Positions 9,540-19,404 of a stretch of DNA of 64,000 nucleotides are shown here, piece by piece. The DNA is taken from contig OZ243938.1 in the NCBI GenBank assembly GCA_965214095.1, forward strand, positions 2,752,001 to 2,816,000, in the 5' to 3' direction. A model generated the notes under the pieces. The model was given only the letters and a program-made list of their open reading frames with translations, was not told where the DNA came from and made no database searches. The position numbers and the translations under genes are program-made. Position 1 is the stretch's first letter; the number at the start of each line of letters is the position of its first letter. This DNA is from Candidatus Poribacteria bacterium. Its GTDB lineage: Bacteria; Poribacteria; WGA-4E; WGA-3G.

Positions 9540-9845
9540 ATGGCAGAAACAGTGAGAACGGACATCAAAGGTATTGATCGGTTTATTCTTGAAGAAGGAA
9601 CAGACAGAAATGTCCTCAGTCTACATATATCCGAAGTTGGTCCGGGACAACGCGCGCACCCGCCGCATACGCATGATGGACAAGAAATTTTCTATGTTTT
9701 TTCTGGAGAGGGTGAAGTGCTATTTGGAGAACAGACGCATTGCATCAGTGATAATGAAGCTGTGCATGTTGATTGCCAAGTATTGCATGGTATCCGAAAT
9801 GTCGGTGAAACGCCTCTCCGATATGCTGTGATTATTGCGCGTTAA
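9540..9845 (+). CDS. Cupin-domain protein
   Basis: HPPHTHDGQEIFYVFSGEG and HGIRNVG cupin motifs; AGGAGG RBS. Confidence 0.85.
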   Translation: MAETVRTDIKGIDRFILEEGTDRNVLSLHISEVGPGQRAHPPHTHDGQEIFYVFSGEGEVLFGEQTHCISDNEAVHVDCQVLHGIRNVGETPLRYAVIIAR

Positions 9846-10276
9846 TCCGGTGAAAATTCAGTGAATTCAGCATTTCGCAGCTGAATAATTCCATAAATTC
9901 CACCAATAATTAATAGTATGCCGATGGTGCTTATTCCCCTACGTATCCAAATCGGATGTATGAATTGTGAGAGAGGTATCATTGTAAGTGGTTGTAACAA
10001 TTGAGATATGCCAATATTGACATAAAACGCACCATAAGCGATAAGACACATCTCACTAAGAAGTTGTTGTTTGTAGGGGTTTACGGGCATACGAAAGGGG
10101 TTAATCAGGTAGTCGCCAGAGAAAACGAGGGTTACGCCAACGATAAAAAAGGTGATGAGTGTTGTTGTTGAGTATGTGTATTGACGCAATATAATTGTCA
10201 ATAAGATACTGACACCACCCAAAATAACGCTAATTATTCCCTGAAAAATTTGAACTCCTCTACTGTGTGCTATCAT
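9842..10276 (-). CDS. Hypothetical membrane protein (about 4 TM)
   Basis: 144-aa hydrophobic ORF with AAAGG upstream; no recognised motif. Confidence 0.55.
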   Translation of the reverse strand: MIAHSRGVQIFQGIISVILGGVSILLTIILRQYTYSTTTLITFFIVGVTLVFSGDYLINPFRMPVNPYKQQLLSEMCLIAYGAFYVNIGISQLLQPLTMIPLSQFIHPIWIRRGISTIGILLIIGGIYGIIQLRNAEFTEFSPD

Positions 10277-10439
10277 ATTGCCTTTCTATAGTTAGACTAA
10301 AGTGAGTTTGATAATCCGCCTTAAATGCCTTTGTAGACTGGGTTGAGGGACGAGATCCAACATGCAGTCCTTTTTTGAGCAAAAATTTCGGGTTTCGTCC
10401 CTGAACACAACCTACAGATACTAAACCTATCAACGATAT

Positions 10440-11555
10440 TTAAAATGAATACATGACTGTCAAAGAAACCAACGGACCAAATTCAAATGCATCGCTTTCT
10501 TCATATTTGCCATCAACGAAAGCATCAGTGTCATCGTAAAGCGTTTTTTGATGTAAAGGTAATAACACCGAGAGCGATAATGGGACATTGAATGGTGTTG
10601 TGATAGATGTTCCGAGTGATGCCATACCGAAAAGCAGACCGGAATTCTTATCTATTTCTCCATCCCAATACGCATAAGCTTGATATATACCGAGATAGCC
10701 TGCTTGGAAAGAAACCCATTTATTCAAGCGAAAATTCAGTCCTGAATTGTAGGTAAGTTCTCTGGAACCGAGATAGGTTTTGCTGTTCTCGTAGAAAGGT
10801 AGTTTTGTCCGTAAACTACTATGAGAAGCTAACCCTTTGTAGATAGGCAGACTATAGTGCAGGTTGATAACAGGGTTGAAAGTGCCAGTGCCAAATTGGA
10901 TATGTAAGTGTTCCTTTCCCATCGCACCGAGTTTCCATGGGTTTTCTTCAGTTTTTCCAAGCGGGATAGTGGATCCAAAACGTCCCATCAGAAAATCTCC
11001 TTCCGTAAGGAGATTTAGTCTATAATGCCCCAAAAAGACTTCTGCGTCTGTAGGACCGTTATAGGACTCATTTCGATGATGGATATACCCATTCCGTTCA
11101 ATTGCATCCCACTGTTGTTGGGTATACTCAACATCTTCAATTTTCTCAATAGTTGCATCTTGAGTTTTAGTTTCAAAAGGTATGTTTGCATCCACTATCC
11201 AGTTCGTTCCGAGTATGTATTTTAATCCGACATCAATCCGATATATGTTTAGGACAACATGATGTCGGTGCTCAGGAACTGGAGCTACTGTTCTGTTTCC
11301 GCTGTTTTCATCAACGAAAACGCCTTCATCTTCAAGATGTCCACCTTGTGCGTCAAACCAACGCATTGTACTGACAGATACTTGAAATTTCTTGGCATCT
11401 TCAGAAGTCAAACTGACTTCACCTATCCCACCACGTGGGATTGCAGGATTGCTTCATGCGCCTCAGCTTTCTTGTGCATAAGTAGTGTATAAACCACCAA
11501 AGGAAAGAATAGTAAGCAAAAGTATGAGTATTGTGCTGAAAAGTCTGTTTTTCAT
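10440..11555 (-). CDS. Putative outer-membrane beta-barrel/transporter selenoprotein with an N-terminal UxxU motif (two in-frame TGA)
   Basis: RBS AGGA plus ATG 11555, signal peptide MKNRLFSTILILLLTILSFGGLYTTYA, then QES-TGA-G-A-TGA-SNPAIPRGG in frame with ORF 10440-11411; C-terminal VMYSF; hairpin at 11425-11441. Confidence 0.75.
11422..11447 (-). promoter_or_regulatory. Candidate bacterial SECIS element
   Basis: CCU-GCA-AUCCCAC-GUG-GUGGGAU-AGG; loop starts 19 nt after the second UGA and 28 nt after the first, with G at the start of the loop. Confidence 0.65.
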
Positions 11556-11597
11556 GTTTATTCCTGTTTATTTTGTTTTACAGAGATAGTGTAATAT

Positions 11598-11700
11598 TAT
11601 GGTAGATTTTGAAATTACTTGAACACTCAGCATCGGCGAGGTTAGGAGACCTCGCCTACCGTGGGTCTCGGGTGTCAACTTATATTTATAATTCACTATA
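11598..11700. mobile_element. 103-bp MITE carrying a GTAG REP (second copy at 57969-58071)
   Basis: Near-identical to 57969-58071; TAT(G/A)GTAGA...TTCACTATA ends. Confidence 0.75.
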
Positions 11701-11707
11701 ATTATTT

Positions 11708-12658
11708 CTATATTTCAAGGTTCAACCAACGCATTTCATCATCGGTTAGTTCAAGGTTCAATGCGCCGAGGGAAGAAGCCATTTCTTCCAAATTAGCAGG
11801 TCCGACAATGGGAAAGTTCGGGAAAGGAAGTTGAACACAATATGCAAGTGAGACTTGAATTGGGGAAAATCCGTATTTAGTTCCTAATTGTTTTGCGCGT
11901 GCGAGTCTTTCAAAGTTATCATCGTTGTAATAGACACGCACCATATCACCGTTGTCTCGGTTTTCGGGTGTAAAAGCACCGCTGAAGAAGCCGCGTGCTT
12001 GTGATGACCATGGCATAAGTGGGAACTGAGTTTCTATATGCCAACGTCGTGCATCATCTTTAACGTTTACACAACCGCCCCACATCGGTTCCATAGGCAC
12101 TGCAAGACTTATGTTGTTGCTTGCAGCAACAAAGCCACTCAAATTATGTTCTTTAGCGTAATCATTTGCTTCAACAATTCGGTGAGGTTCCCAGTTTGAA
12201 GCAGCGATGGTTCGGATACGTCCGGCGTTTATCTCTTCGTTCAGATAATCAATAATTGTGCTAACAGGCATTGCAGTATCATCTCTGTGAAGCATGTATA
12301 GGTCAATGTAATCGGTATCAAGACGGATGAGGTTTTCATCAAGGTCCTGTTTGATGAATTCTGGTGAAACGCGGTTTGGGTTCCCGCCTTGTGGATGTCC
12401 ACCCTTATCTATGAGAAAGACATCTTCTCGATTTCCACGTTCTTTCATCCATAGTCCGATTAACTTTTCACTATTGCCACCTCCATAGATGTGTGCTGTA
12501 TCCAGTGTGTTTCCACCTGCTTCAAAGAATGTATCCAGCATTTTTGTGCTGTGCTCGTAGTCGCCAGGAGAATACATCATCGTTCCCAGAATCAGTTGTG
12601 ATATTTCTTGGTCAACTCCGGGAATTTTTATCCGCTTCATAAATATGCGTTCCTTCAC
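11708..12658 (-). CDS. Aldo/keto reductase
   Basis: DTAHIYGGGNSE, DYIDLYMLHRD, SNW, WSSQARG; probable start MKRIKIPG at 12640. Confidence 0.88.
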   Translation of the reverse strand: MKERIFMKRIKIPGVDQEISQLILGTMMYSPGDYEHSTKMLDTFFEAGGNTLDTAHIYGGGNSEKLIGLWMKERGNREDVFLIDKGGHPQGGNPNRVSPEFIKQDLDENLIRLDTDYIDLYMLHRDDTAMPVSTIIDYLNEEINAGRIRTIAASNWEPHRIVEANDYAKEHNLSGFVAASNNISLAVPMEPMWGGCVNVKDDARRWHIETQFPLMPWSSQARGFFSGAFTPENRDNGDMVRVYYNDDNFERLARAKQLGTKYGFSPIQVSLAYCVQLPFPNFPIVGPANLEEMASSLGALNLELTDDEMRWLNLEI

Positions 12659-12754
12659 TTATGATTATCTCTATAATATTGGACATAAATTATTTGTTTA
12701 TTATATCACATTGGATATGGGTTTTCAATGTTAAATCCTCATCGTTCAGTCCGC

Positions 12755-13714
12755 TTAAATTCTATTTCTATAAATCTCTTGAACGAGTTCCATTGTTTTG
12801 ACAGCATCAGCGAAATAGGTTAATGGTTGGCGGTCTTGCTGAATGCAATCCACAAAATGTCGACTTTCACCGTAAAACCCGTAAGTCTTATGGGTTGCGT
12901 CAGAATTAGCCGCTTCTTCCGTTGTTATTTCGGTAAGTCCTTCAGATGTATAGATCTTTGCACTGCCACTAGCATCCGGATTAATGTAAGCGGAAACACC
13001 TTGTGCGTGCATCTCAAAAATGTGAATACGTCCACCGACTGCCCAATTTGTGCATAGATAACCCGATGCACCAGTGGTAAACTTGACAAGCGCATTGAAA
13101 CTGTTCTCTCGTTCAGAACCGAAGGCGTTGATGTCGCTTGCGACTGCTTGCACCTCTCCTCCTCCGAGCCAACGGAGTGTGTCCACTGCGTGAATGGCAT
13201 CACATGTCAAGACATCTATCACGCCATCATAATAGAGTGCGTTTGGTGCATTTTTGTGGAAAGTGGACATACATTGGATAATCGGTCCGTTTTCCTCCAC
13301 GATAGTCTTGACTTTCTGCATCAACGGTATGTAACGACGGTTGAAACCTACCATCGTTTTACATCCGTTCTTTTCGGCTGCTAAAGCCATTTCCTTGGTT
13401 TGATGTAGTGTGACACCAGGCGGTTTTTCCATAAAGACATGGTGTCCTTGTGACAAACAGTGGATTACAAGTGGAAACAAATGTTGTGGCGGCATTAAGA
13501 CATATACGGCATCTGGACTTGTTTCCTCAAGCATTTTCCGATAGTCTGTAAAGGTATTTTCAATCTCAAATCGTTCAGCGGTTGCATGCAGTTTAGATTC
13601 CACAATATCGCACAATCCGACAAGGTTTACGTCTTCAAATTCCGCGAGAGATGGATAGTGGACACCATTTGCCATCCCACCTGCCCCGATGAGAGCGATG
13701 TTAACTTTGTTCAT
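12755..13714 (-). CDS. Gfo/Idh/MocA family oxidoreductase
   Basis: IGAGGMA, HVFMEKPP, VGFNRRY, DAIHAVD. Confidence 0.9.
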   Translation of the reverse strand: MNKVNIALIGAGGMANGVHYPSLAEFEDVNLVGLCDIVESKLHATAERFEIENTFTDYRKMLEETSPDAVYVLMPPQHLFPLVIHCLSQGHHVFMEKPPGVTLHQTKEMALAAEKNGCKTMVGFNRRYIPLMQKVKTIVEENGPIIQCMSTFHKNAPNALYYDGVIDVLTCDAIHAVDTLRWLGGGEVQAVASDINAFGSERENSFNALVKFTTGASGYLCTNWAVGGRIHIFEMHAQGVSAYINPDASGSAKIYTSEGLTEITTEEAANSDATHKTYGFYGESRHFVDCIQQDRQPLTYFADAVKTMELVQEIYRNRI

Positions 13715-13732
13715 ATTTACCTCTGTTTTAGC

Positions 13733-13951
13733 CAGGGTTATTTAGTTTTCGGTATTTTCCAAAATAGAGATTACTGAAAGTTAATCCCAGGCCGGTAGGT
13801 GCGGTTTCCTAACCGCACTGGAACCTACAAGAAGAATGACTATGAAAGGTTTTCGCACAAATTCGGTGCGGTTAGGAAACCGCACCTACCAGCTTGAGGC
13901 ATTTAGCATTTGTGAAAAAACACAAGATAAACCTAAAACTAAATAACCCTG
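13733..13951. mobile_element. 219-bp MITE with 17-bp TIRs and a 9-bp TSD, containing an inverted REP pair
   Basis: TIR CAGGGTTATTTAGTTTT (13733-13749) / AAAACTAAATAACCCTG (13935-13951); TGTTTTAGC duplicated at 13724-13732 and 13952-13960. Confidence 0.85.
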
Positions 13952-14053
13952 TGTTTTAGCAGTTTTTGTTGTATATTACAAGAGAAGATGTTAAAATGCA
14001 ACTAAGTTCTGTAACACACTAATTCCATACCAACATATATCAGAATTTTTCTT

Positions 14054-15676
14054 ATGAATTTTGACCCAATCAAATTAGAACTCTATAAGAATATACTTAC
14101 TTCTGTTTCGGAAGAGATGGGGGTAACCCTACAACGCACAGCCTTTTCACCGAATATCAAGGAACGGCTTGATTTTTCATGTGCTGTTTTTGATGCTTCA
14201 GGACAGATGATAGCCCAAGCGGCACATATACCTGTCCATCTGGGTTCAATGCCGCTTTCCGTTTTGGCTGCTATTGAACAGACTGAGATGGTAACCGGTG
14301 ATATGATCGTGCTGAATGATCCATATCGCGGTGGAACACACCTGCCAGATATTACATTGGTTGCACCTGTGTTTGGCGATGGATCTTCGGACTCTCCAAC
14401 TTTTTATGTCGCGAATCGTGCACACCACGCGGATGTCGGTGGAATGACCCCCGGTTCCATGCCACTTGCAACGAGTGTGATTCAGGAAGGCATTCGCATT
14501 CCACCTGTCAAACTTGTGCGTGGTGGAGAACTGGATACCGACCTATGGGATTTAATTCTTGCTAATGTGCGGACACCTGTGGAACGTCGGGGTGATATGG
14601 AGGCACAACTCGCAGCAAACCGCATCGGTGAACGTAGATTACAGGAGATGGTTGCGAAATACGGTATTCCTGAAATTGAGGCGTATATGGATGAACTTTG
14701 TGCTTATTCCAATCGGATGGTGCGGTCATTCTTGCGTGAACTTCCTGATGGTAGATACGAATATTCAGATGTTATGGATAACGACGGTATTACTAATGAA
14801 CCGATAGAAATTCGGGTTGCCATAGAAATTAAGGACGACACTGCAGTTGTGGATTTTACGGGGACATCGGGACAGGTGCGCGGCTCTGTCAATGCGATCT
14901 ATGCTATTACAGTCTCAGCCGTATTTTATACGTTCCGTTGTGTTGCCGGTGAGGATGTTCCTTCAAATGCGGGGTGTATGGAACCTATTGAAATCATAGC
15001 ACCTGAAGGGAGTGTTATCAACGCTAAGTTTCCCGCAGCCGTTGCTGGTGGAAACGTTGAAACTTCACAGCGAATTGTTGATGTGCTTTTTGGAGCGATG
15101 GCACAGTTGTGTCCAGACAGAATTCCTGCTGCGAGTAGTGGAACTATGAATAATATCACGGTCGGTGGCTATGATGTTTCACGAGGACGCGATTTTACCT
15201 ACTATGAGACCATTGCGGGTGGTATGGGTGCTCGTCCAAGTTGTGATGGAATTGATGCTATTCATACCCACATGACGAATACTATGAACACACCTATTGA
15301 AACGATAGAGACGAGTTATCCGATGCAGGTTGAACAGTATGCGATTCGACGTGGAACTGGCGGAGAAGGTGAATTCAGAGGTGGGTCTGGAGTTGTGCGG
15401 TCGCTTCGACTACTTACGGATGCTGAAGTTACTATCTTATCGGAACGTCGAGTGTTTCGTCCTTACGGGTTACAGGGAGGTGAATCGGGTCAGTCGGGTA
15501 GGAATGTACTCATCCGTGATGGAGAGGAACAGGAACTTGCTGGGAAAACTACGTTCTCTGTTCGCGAAGGTGATGTCGTTCAGATTGAAACACCTGGGGG
15601 TGGTGGTTTTGGGGAGCCATTGGCACAAATCGGAGCGGTTAGGGAACCGCTCCTACCGAGTAAAGAGATAAGTTGA
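14054..15676 (+). CDS. Hydantoinase B/oxoprolinase family protein
   Basis: SPNIKERLDFSCA, HIPVHLGSM, NDPYRGGTHLPD, HHADVGG, GNVETSQR, ETPGGGGFG. Confidence 0.92.
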   Translation: MNFDPIKLELYKNILTSVSEEMGVTLQRTAFSPNIKERLDFSCAVFDASGQMIAQAAHIPVHLGSMPLSVLAAIEQTEMVTGDMIVLNDPYRGGTHLPDITLVAPVFGDGSSDSPTFYVANRAHHADVGGMTPGSMPLATSVIQEGIRIPPVKLVRGGELDTDLWDLILANVRTPVERRGDMEAQLAANRIGERRLQEMVAKYGIPEIEAYMDELCAYSNRMVRSFLRELPDGRYEYSDVMDNDGITNEPIEIRVAIEIKDDTAVVDFTGTSGQVRGSVNAIYAITVSAVFYTFRCVAGEDVPSNAGCMEPIEIIAPEGSVINAKFPAAVAGGNVETSQRIVDVLFGAMAQLCPDRIPAASSGTMNNITVGGYDVSRGRDFTYYETIAGGMGARPSCDGIDAIHTHMTNTMNTPIETIETSYPMQVEQYAIRRGTGGEGEFRGGSGVVRSLRLLTDAEVTILSERRVFRPYGLQGGESGQSGRNVLIRDGEEQELAGKTTFSVREGDVVQIETPGGGGFGEPLAQIGAVREPLLPSKEIS

Positions 15677-15679
15677 AAT

Positions 15680-17026
15680 TTACGATAACCCTTTCAAAGT
15701 TCCCGTGCTATCACCTAATTTGCTTACATTGACATCCATTCGGTTGAGCATGGATAGCCATAAGTTATTGAGTGGTGTTTCCTTTGGATACTGAATATGT
15801 CGTCCACCTTGTATCGTTCCACAACCACCACCTGACAATAAGACAGGTAGGTCGTGGTGGCTATGCCTGTTACCATCCGAGTTTCCACTGCCATAGCAAA
15901 TCATAGAATGGTCGAGTAAGGATCCTTCACCTTCAGGAATAGAATCAAGTTTCTCCAACAGATATGCAAGCTGCTCAATGTGGAAGATGTTAATCTTTCG
16001 AATTTTATCTATTTTCGCTGTATCGCCACCGTGATGTGAGATGTTGTGGTGTCCATCCGTGACGTTGAGGTTCGGATATGTCTTGTTGCTGCCTTCGTTT
16101 GCTAACGCAAAGGTAACAATTCGTGTTATATCTGTCTGGAATGAAAGCACAATCAGGTCTAACATGAGACGGACATGCTCTTGGAAATCTTTGGGAGTAT
16201 CTTCTGGTGCATTGAAGTCAGGACTTTCAATAGAGGGGAACTTTTCAGCCGCCTCAATTCTCTTTTCAATATCCCTAATAGCAGAGAAGTATTCATCAAG
16301 TTTCCGCACATCGTTTCCACTGACTTTGTGGATTAGGTCTTGTGAGTCTTGTTCCACGAAATCGAGGATACTTTTTCTTTCAGCATCGCGTTGTTGTCTC
16401 TTCTCATTCGGTTCAGTGGAGAACAGACGTTCAAATGCGAGTTTGGGATTAACCTCTTTCGGTAGCGGTTGCGTTGCAGACTTCCATGACATCGTTGCTG
16501 AATAGATGCAGCTATAACCGGAGTCACAATTCCCTGCCCTATAGCCTGCCTCAATACCGAGTTCAAGTGAAGCTAACCGCGTTTGATCACCGATTTGTGT
16601 TGCTGCGGCTTGGTCAACAGAAATTCCTGCGTGTATATCTGTGCCGCTTGTTTTTCGGGGTTGTGCACCTGTGAGGTATGCTGCCATTGCTCTGGCATGA
16701 TCGCCGCCACCATCGCCATTAGCGCGTGCTTTGTCTGCTGTAAGTCCACTGAGAACCAGTGTTTTATCCTTGACGTTTTGCAACGGTTTGAGGATTTCGG
16801 TGAGTTCAAAGTTTGCACCTACCTGTTCTGGTGTCCACTTTTCCATTATTTTCCCATTGGGACTATAGAGAAATGCCATCCGATTTGGTATTATTTGTCC
16901 TGTCACATTTGTTGTGGCTGCGGTTGCCCAACTTGTGAGTGGTCCCATAGATTCCAACCATGGTAATGCGATGCTTACGCCTAATCCGCCTAAAAATGTT
17001 CTACGTGAAAGTTTTGGTGTTTTCAT
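15680..17026 (-). CDS. DUF1552 domain protein with a Tat-like N-terminus
   Basis: LSRRTFLGGLGVSIALPWLESM, CDSGYSCIYS, HHNISHH, EGEGSLLD, GNRHSH, GDSTG. Confidence 0.85.
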   Translation of the reverse strand: MKTPKLSRRTFLGGLGVSIALPWLESMGPLTSWATAATTNVTGQIIPNRMAFLYSPNGKIMEKWTPEQVGANFELTEILKPLQNVKDKTLVLSGLTADKARANGDGGGDHARAMAAYLTGAQPRKTSGTDIHAGISVDQAAATQIGDQTRLASLELGIEAGYRAGNCDSGYSCIYSATMSWKSATQPLPKEVNPKLAFERLFSTEPNEKRQQRDAERKSILDFVEQDSQDLIHKVSGNDVRKLDEYFSAIRDIEKRIEAAEKFPSIESPDFNAPEDTPKDFQEHVRLMLDLIVLSFQTDITRIVTFALANEGSNKTYPNLNVTDGHHNISHHGGDTAKIDKIRKINIFHIEQLAYLLEKLDSIPEGEGSLLDHSMICYGSGNSDGNRHSHHDLPVLLSGGGCGTIQGGRHIQYPKETPLNNLWLSMLNRMDVNVSKLGDSTGTLKGLS

Positions 17027-17250
17027 ATATTTCTATTTCCTCGAGAATTGTGCAATCAGTAGGTAACTTCTATATTATACCGTTACTTGTATCAGTAAAC
17101 CATACTTTCTTTTATTCAATCTATTCTTTGCTCTATAGACTATGGTTAACCTTAGAATTAATGAGAGGCGTTATATCAGCGAGGTTAGGAAACCTCGCCT
17201 ACCATAGGCGGAATGAGTCTTTTTATTTAAGGTCTCACCATAATAGAGTG

Positions 17251-18324
17251 TCAAAAAAGCGGTGCTCCTTGTGCTTCTACGTAAACCGAGTAAAGAGATT
17301 GGCTTGCAGTCATAAAGAGTCTGTTTCTTTTAACGCCACCGAAACAGATATTGGAACATATTTCTGGGAGGTGTATCTTGCCGATGAGTGTGCCATCTGG
17401 TGAGAAGATATGCACGCCGTCGTAGCCTTCACCGACCCAACCCGCACCTGCCCACACATTTCCATCAATATCACATCGGAGACCGTCAGCATTGCCGGGT
17501 GCAGTCTCATAAAACACCTTTTTGCCTCCCAGACGTTCACCGTCAATCACATCAAAGACAATGATGTTTTTTGGTGTGCCTGTGTCGGCTATGTAGAGTT
17601 TTTCGTAGTCTGGTGAAAAACACAGTCCATTCGGTTTTTCAAGATCACTTGTAACAACTGTTGCTTTTCCAGTGTCAGGATTGAGCCGATAAACGGAAGT
17701 CGGCAGTTCAAATTCTGCTTTATGTCCTTCGTAATTGAACATGATGCCATATCCCGGATCTGTGAACCAGATATGTCCATCGGGATGCACTACGACATCG
17801 TTGGGTGCGTTAAATCTTTTGTCTTCAAAGTTATCTATAAGTACCGTAATTGTGCCATCATATTCGGTACGTGTGACGCGCCGTGTGCCGTGTTCGCAAC
17901 TAATGAGTCTGCCTTGACGGTCGCGAGTGTGTCCGTTAGTATAGTTAGAAGGTTTTCGGTAGACACTTACTTTTCCAGTGGCTTCCTGCCATTTCAGCAT
18001 ACGGTTGTTGGGAATATCACTCCAGAGGAGAAATCCGCCATCTCCGAACCAGACGGGTCCCTCAGACCAACGTGCGCCTGTCCACAAACGTTCCACGACA
18101 GCATTTCCAATTTTGTATTTCTTGAAACGCGGGTCAAGAACTTCAATTGCTGGATCAGGATAGCGTTGAATGGTCTTCGTGCCAGTATCTGCTAAACTTG
18201 ACAAAACCCCTACAGAACCTAATAGAGGTAAGGCAGCACTTGCACTTAGGCTGTGTATAAATGATCGTCGTGAAAGTTGTTTTGGAGTGTCCATAAGTAT
18301 CACCTTTGATATGTACTTTACCAC
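17251..18324 (-). CDS. SMP-30/gluconolactonase family protein, Tat-exported
   Basis: LSRRSF Tat motif, WSEGPVW, NAPNDV, PNGLCFSPD, ADGLRCD; probable start MDTPKQ at 18294. Confidence 0.9.
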   Translation of the reverse strand: MVKYISKVILMDTPKQLSRRSFIHSLSASAALPLLGSVGVLSSLADTGTKTIQRYPDPAIEVLDPRFKKYKIGNAVVERLWTGARWSEGPVWFGDGGFLLWSDIPNNRMLKWQEATGKVSVYRKPSNYTNGHTRDRQGRLISCEHGTRRVTRTEYDGTITVLIDNFEDKRFNAPNDVVVHPDGHIWFTDPGYGIMFNYEGHKAEFELPTSVYRLNPDTGKATVVTSDLEKPNGLCFSPDYEKLYIADTGTPKNIIVFDVIDGERLGGKKVFYETAPGNADGLRCDIDGNVWAGAGWVGEGYDGVHIFSPDGTLIGKIHLPEICSNICFGGVKRNRLFMTASQSLYSVYVEAQGAPLF

Positions 18325-18348
18325 AGGACAATAGGTTTGTCAAATAAT

Positions 18349-19398
18349 TTACTTAAGATTTGGAGACAGATATCGTTCATTATAGACGACCATTATTCGC
18401 TCATGGACGAACTTGTATTTATCAGGACATTCTGACCGCAGTTCATCTGGATAGACCAGATAGTATGCAAGACTTTCTGCCATATCCTCGTTTGGATTTT
18501 TTTCCATTGCGTAGTCGGATATGAATGTATCACGGTCTCTGGTTGTTGACCAACCATGCTCACTCTTCTTATCTTCATACCACCCACCAAGTTCTTGCCA
18601 GTCGTTTTTGAGTTGTTCAGGAAAAAGGTGTGTCCATAAGAAATGTGATTTTTCATGAGCAATCGTTTTTGATATGCGCTCAGGACTACGACTATTAAGG
18701 AAAGCTAAGTCGTACTCCATGAAATTCAATGTTGTCCATGCTCTACCTGCAAATTCTAAATTCTCATCAGATCTACATACGATATATTCTAATTGGGGCA
18801 TTTTCTGGAGTGCCTTTGGAAATTTCTCAAAAATTGATAGAAAAATCATCAGGTCTTTGTTTTCAAATTCCGTTATTTCGGCATCCCTCTCATCATCTGG
18901 CACTGTATTAAATAAAAAATCATAAGACTCTATCTCAGTACTGATACCATACCTTGCTTGTAATATGAATTTTATTGCCGATCTATTTGTTCCATTTTCA
19001 GTAATGAATTGTACGGCAGCGTCATATAAACGCCTTTCTGGGACTAATTCCTGTTCATCAGCTTGATCAGGGAAGGCATCAGTACTTATCGTAACGGACT
19101 TTATACCATTTTTCGATTCAATGAGAATGTCATTTTGCATCCCATCACTGTTTATCTTCCATGTAGAAGCCGTAACATTTACATCTGGTTTTGGAGCGAT
19201 GGATTCTAATAATTTTAGAAGCGCTTCTGCACGATTTGTATTCCAAGTAGTATCTAAACGGATTGAATATTTATGTCCAAGTTGTTCATAAGGGTTATCA
19301 AATCGTGTTTCAAGTGGAACAGTGTAACAACTTGTTAGTATAATAATAGGTGTGAGGAAAACGATATATTTTATTGGTAAGAGGTATTTTAGTTGCAT
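18349..19398 (-). CDS. Putative lipoprotein zincin-like metallopeptidase
   Basis: Lipobox-like LTSC, HEKSH (HExxH), SDYA..NPNEDMAES. Confidence 0.7.
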   Translation of the reverse strand: MQLKYLLPIKYIVFLTPIIILTSCYTVPLETRFDNPYEQLGHKYSIRLDTTWNTNRAEALLKLLESIAPKPDVNVTASTWKINSDGMQNDILIESKNGIKSVTISTDAFPDQADEQELVPERRLYDAAVQFITENGTNRSAIKFILQARYGISTEIESYDFLFNTVPDDERDAEITEFENKDLMIFLSIFEKFPKALQKMPQLEYIVCRSDENLEFAGRAWTTLNFMEYDLAFLNSRSPERISKTIAHEKSHFLWTHLFPEQLKNDWQELGGWYEDKKSEHGWSTTRDRDTFISDYAMEKNPNEDMAESLAYYLVYPDELRSECPDKYKFVHERIMVVYNERYLSPNLK

Positions 19399-19404
19399 CT
19401 TTAA

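Noticed and set aside
10440-11555. Genome-wide TGA reassignment (code 4/25) as the explanation for the in-frame TGAs
   Set aside because: Conserved genes in the window end at TGA at their expected termini, and no other gene was seen to be interrupted by TGA
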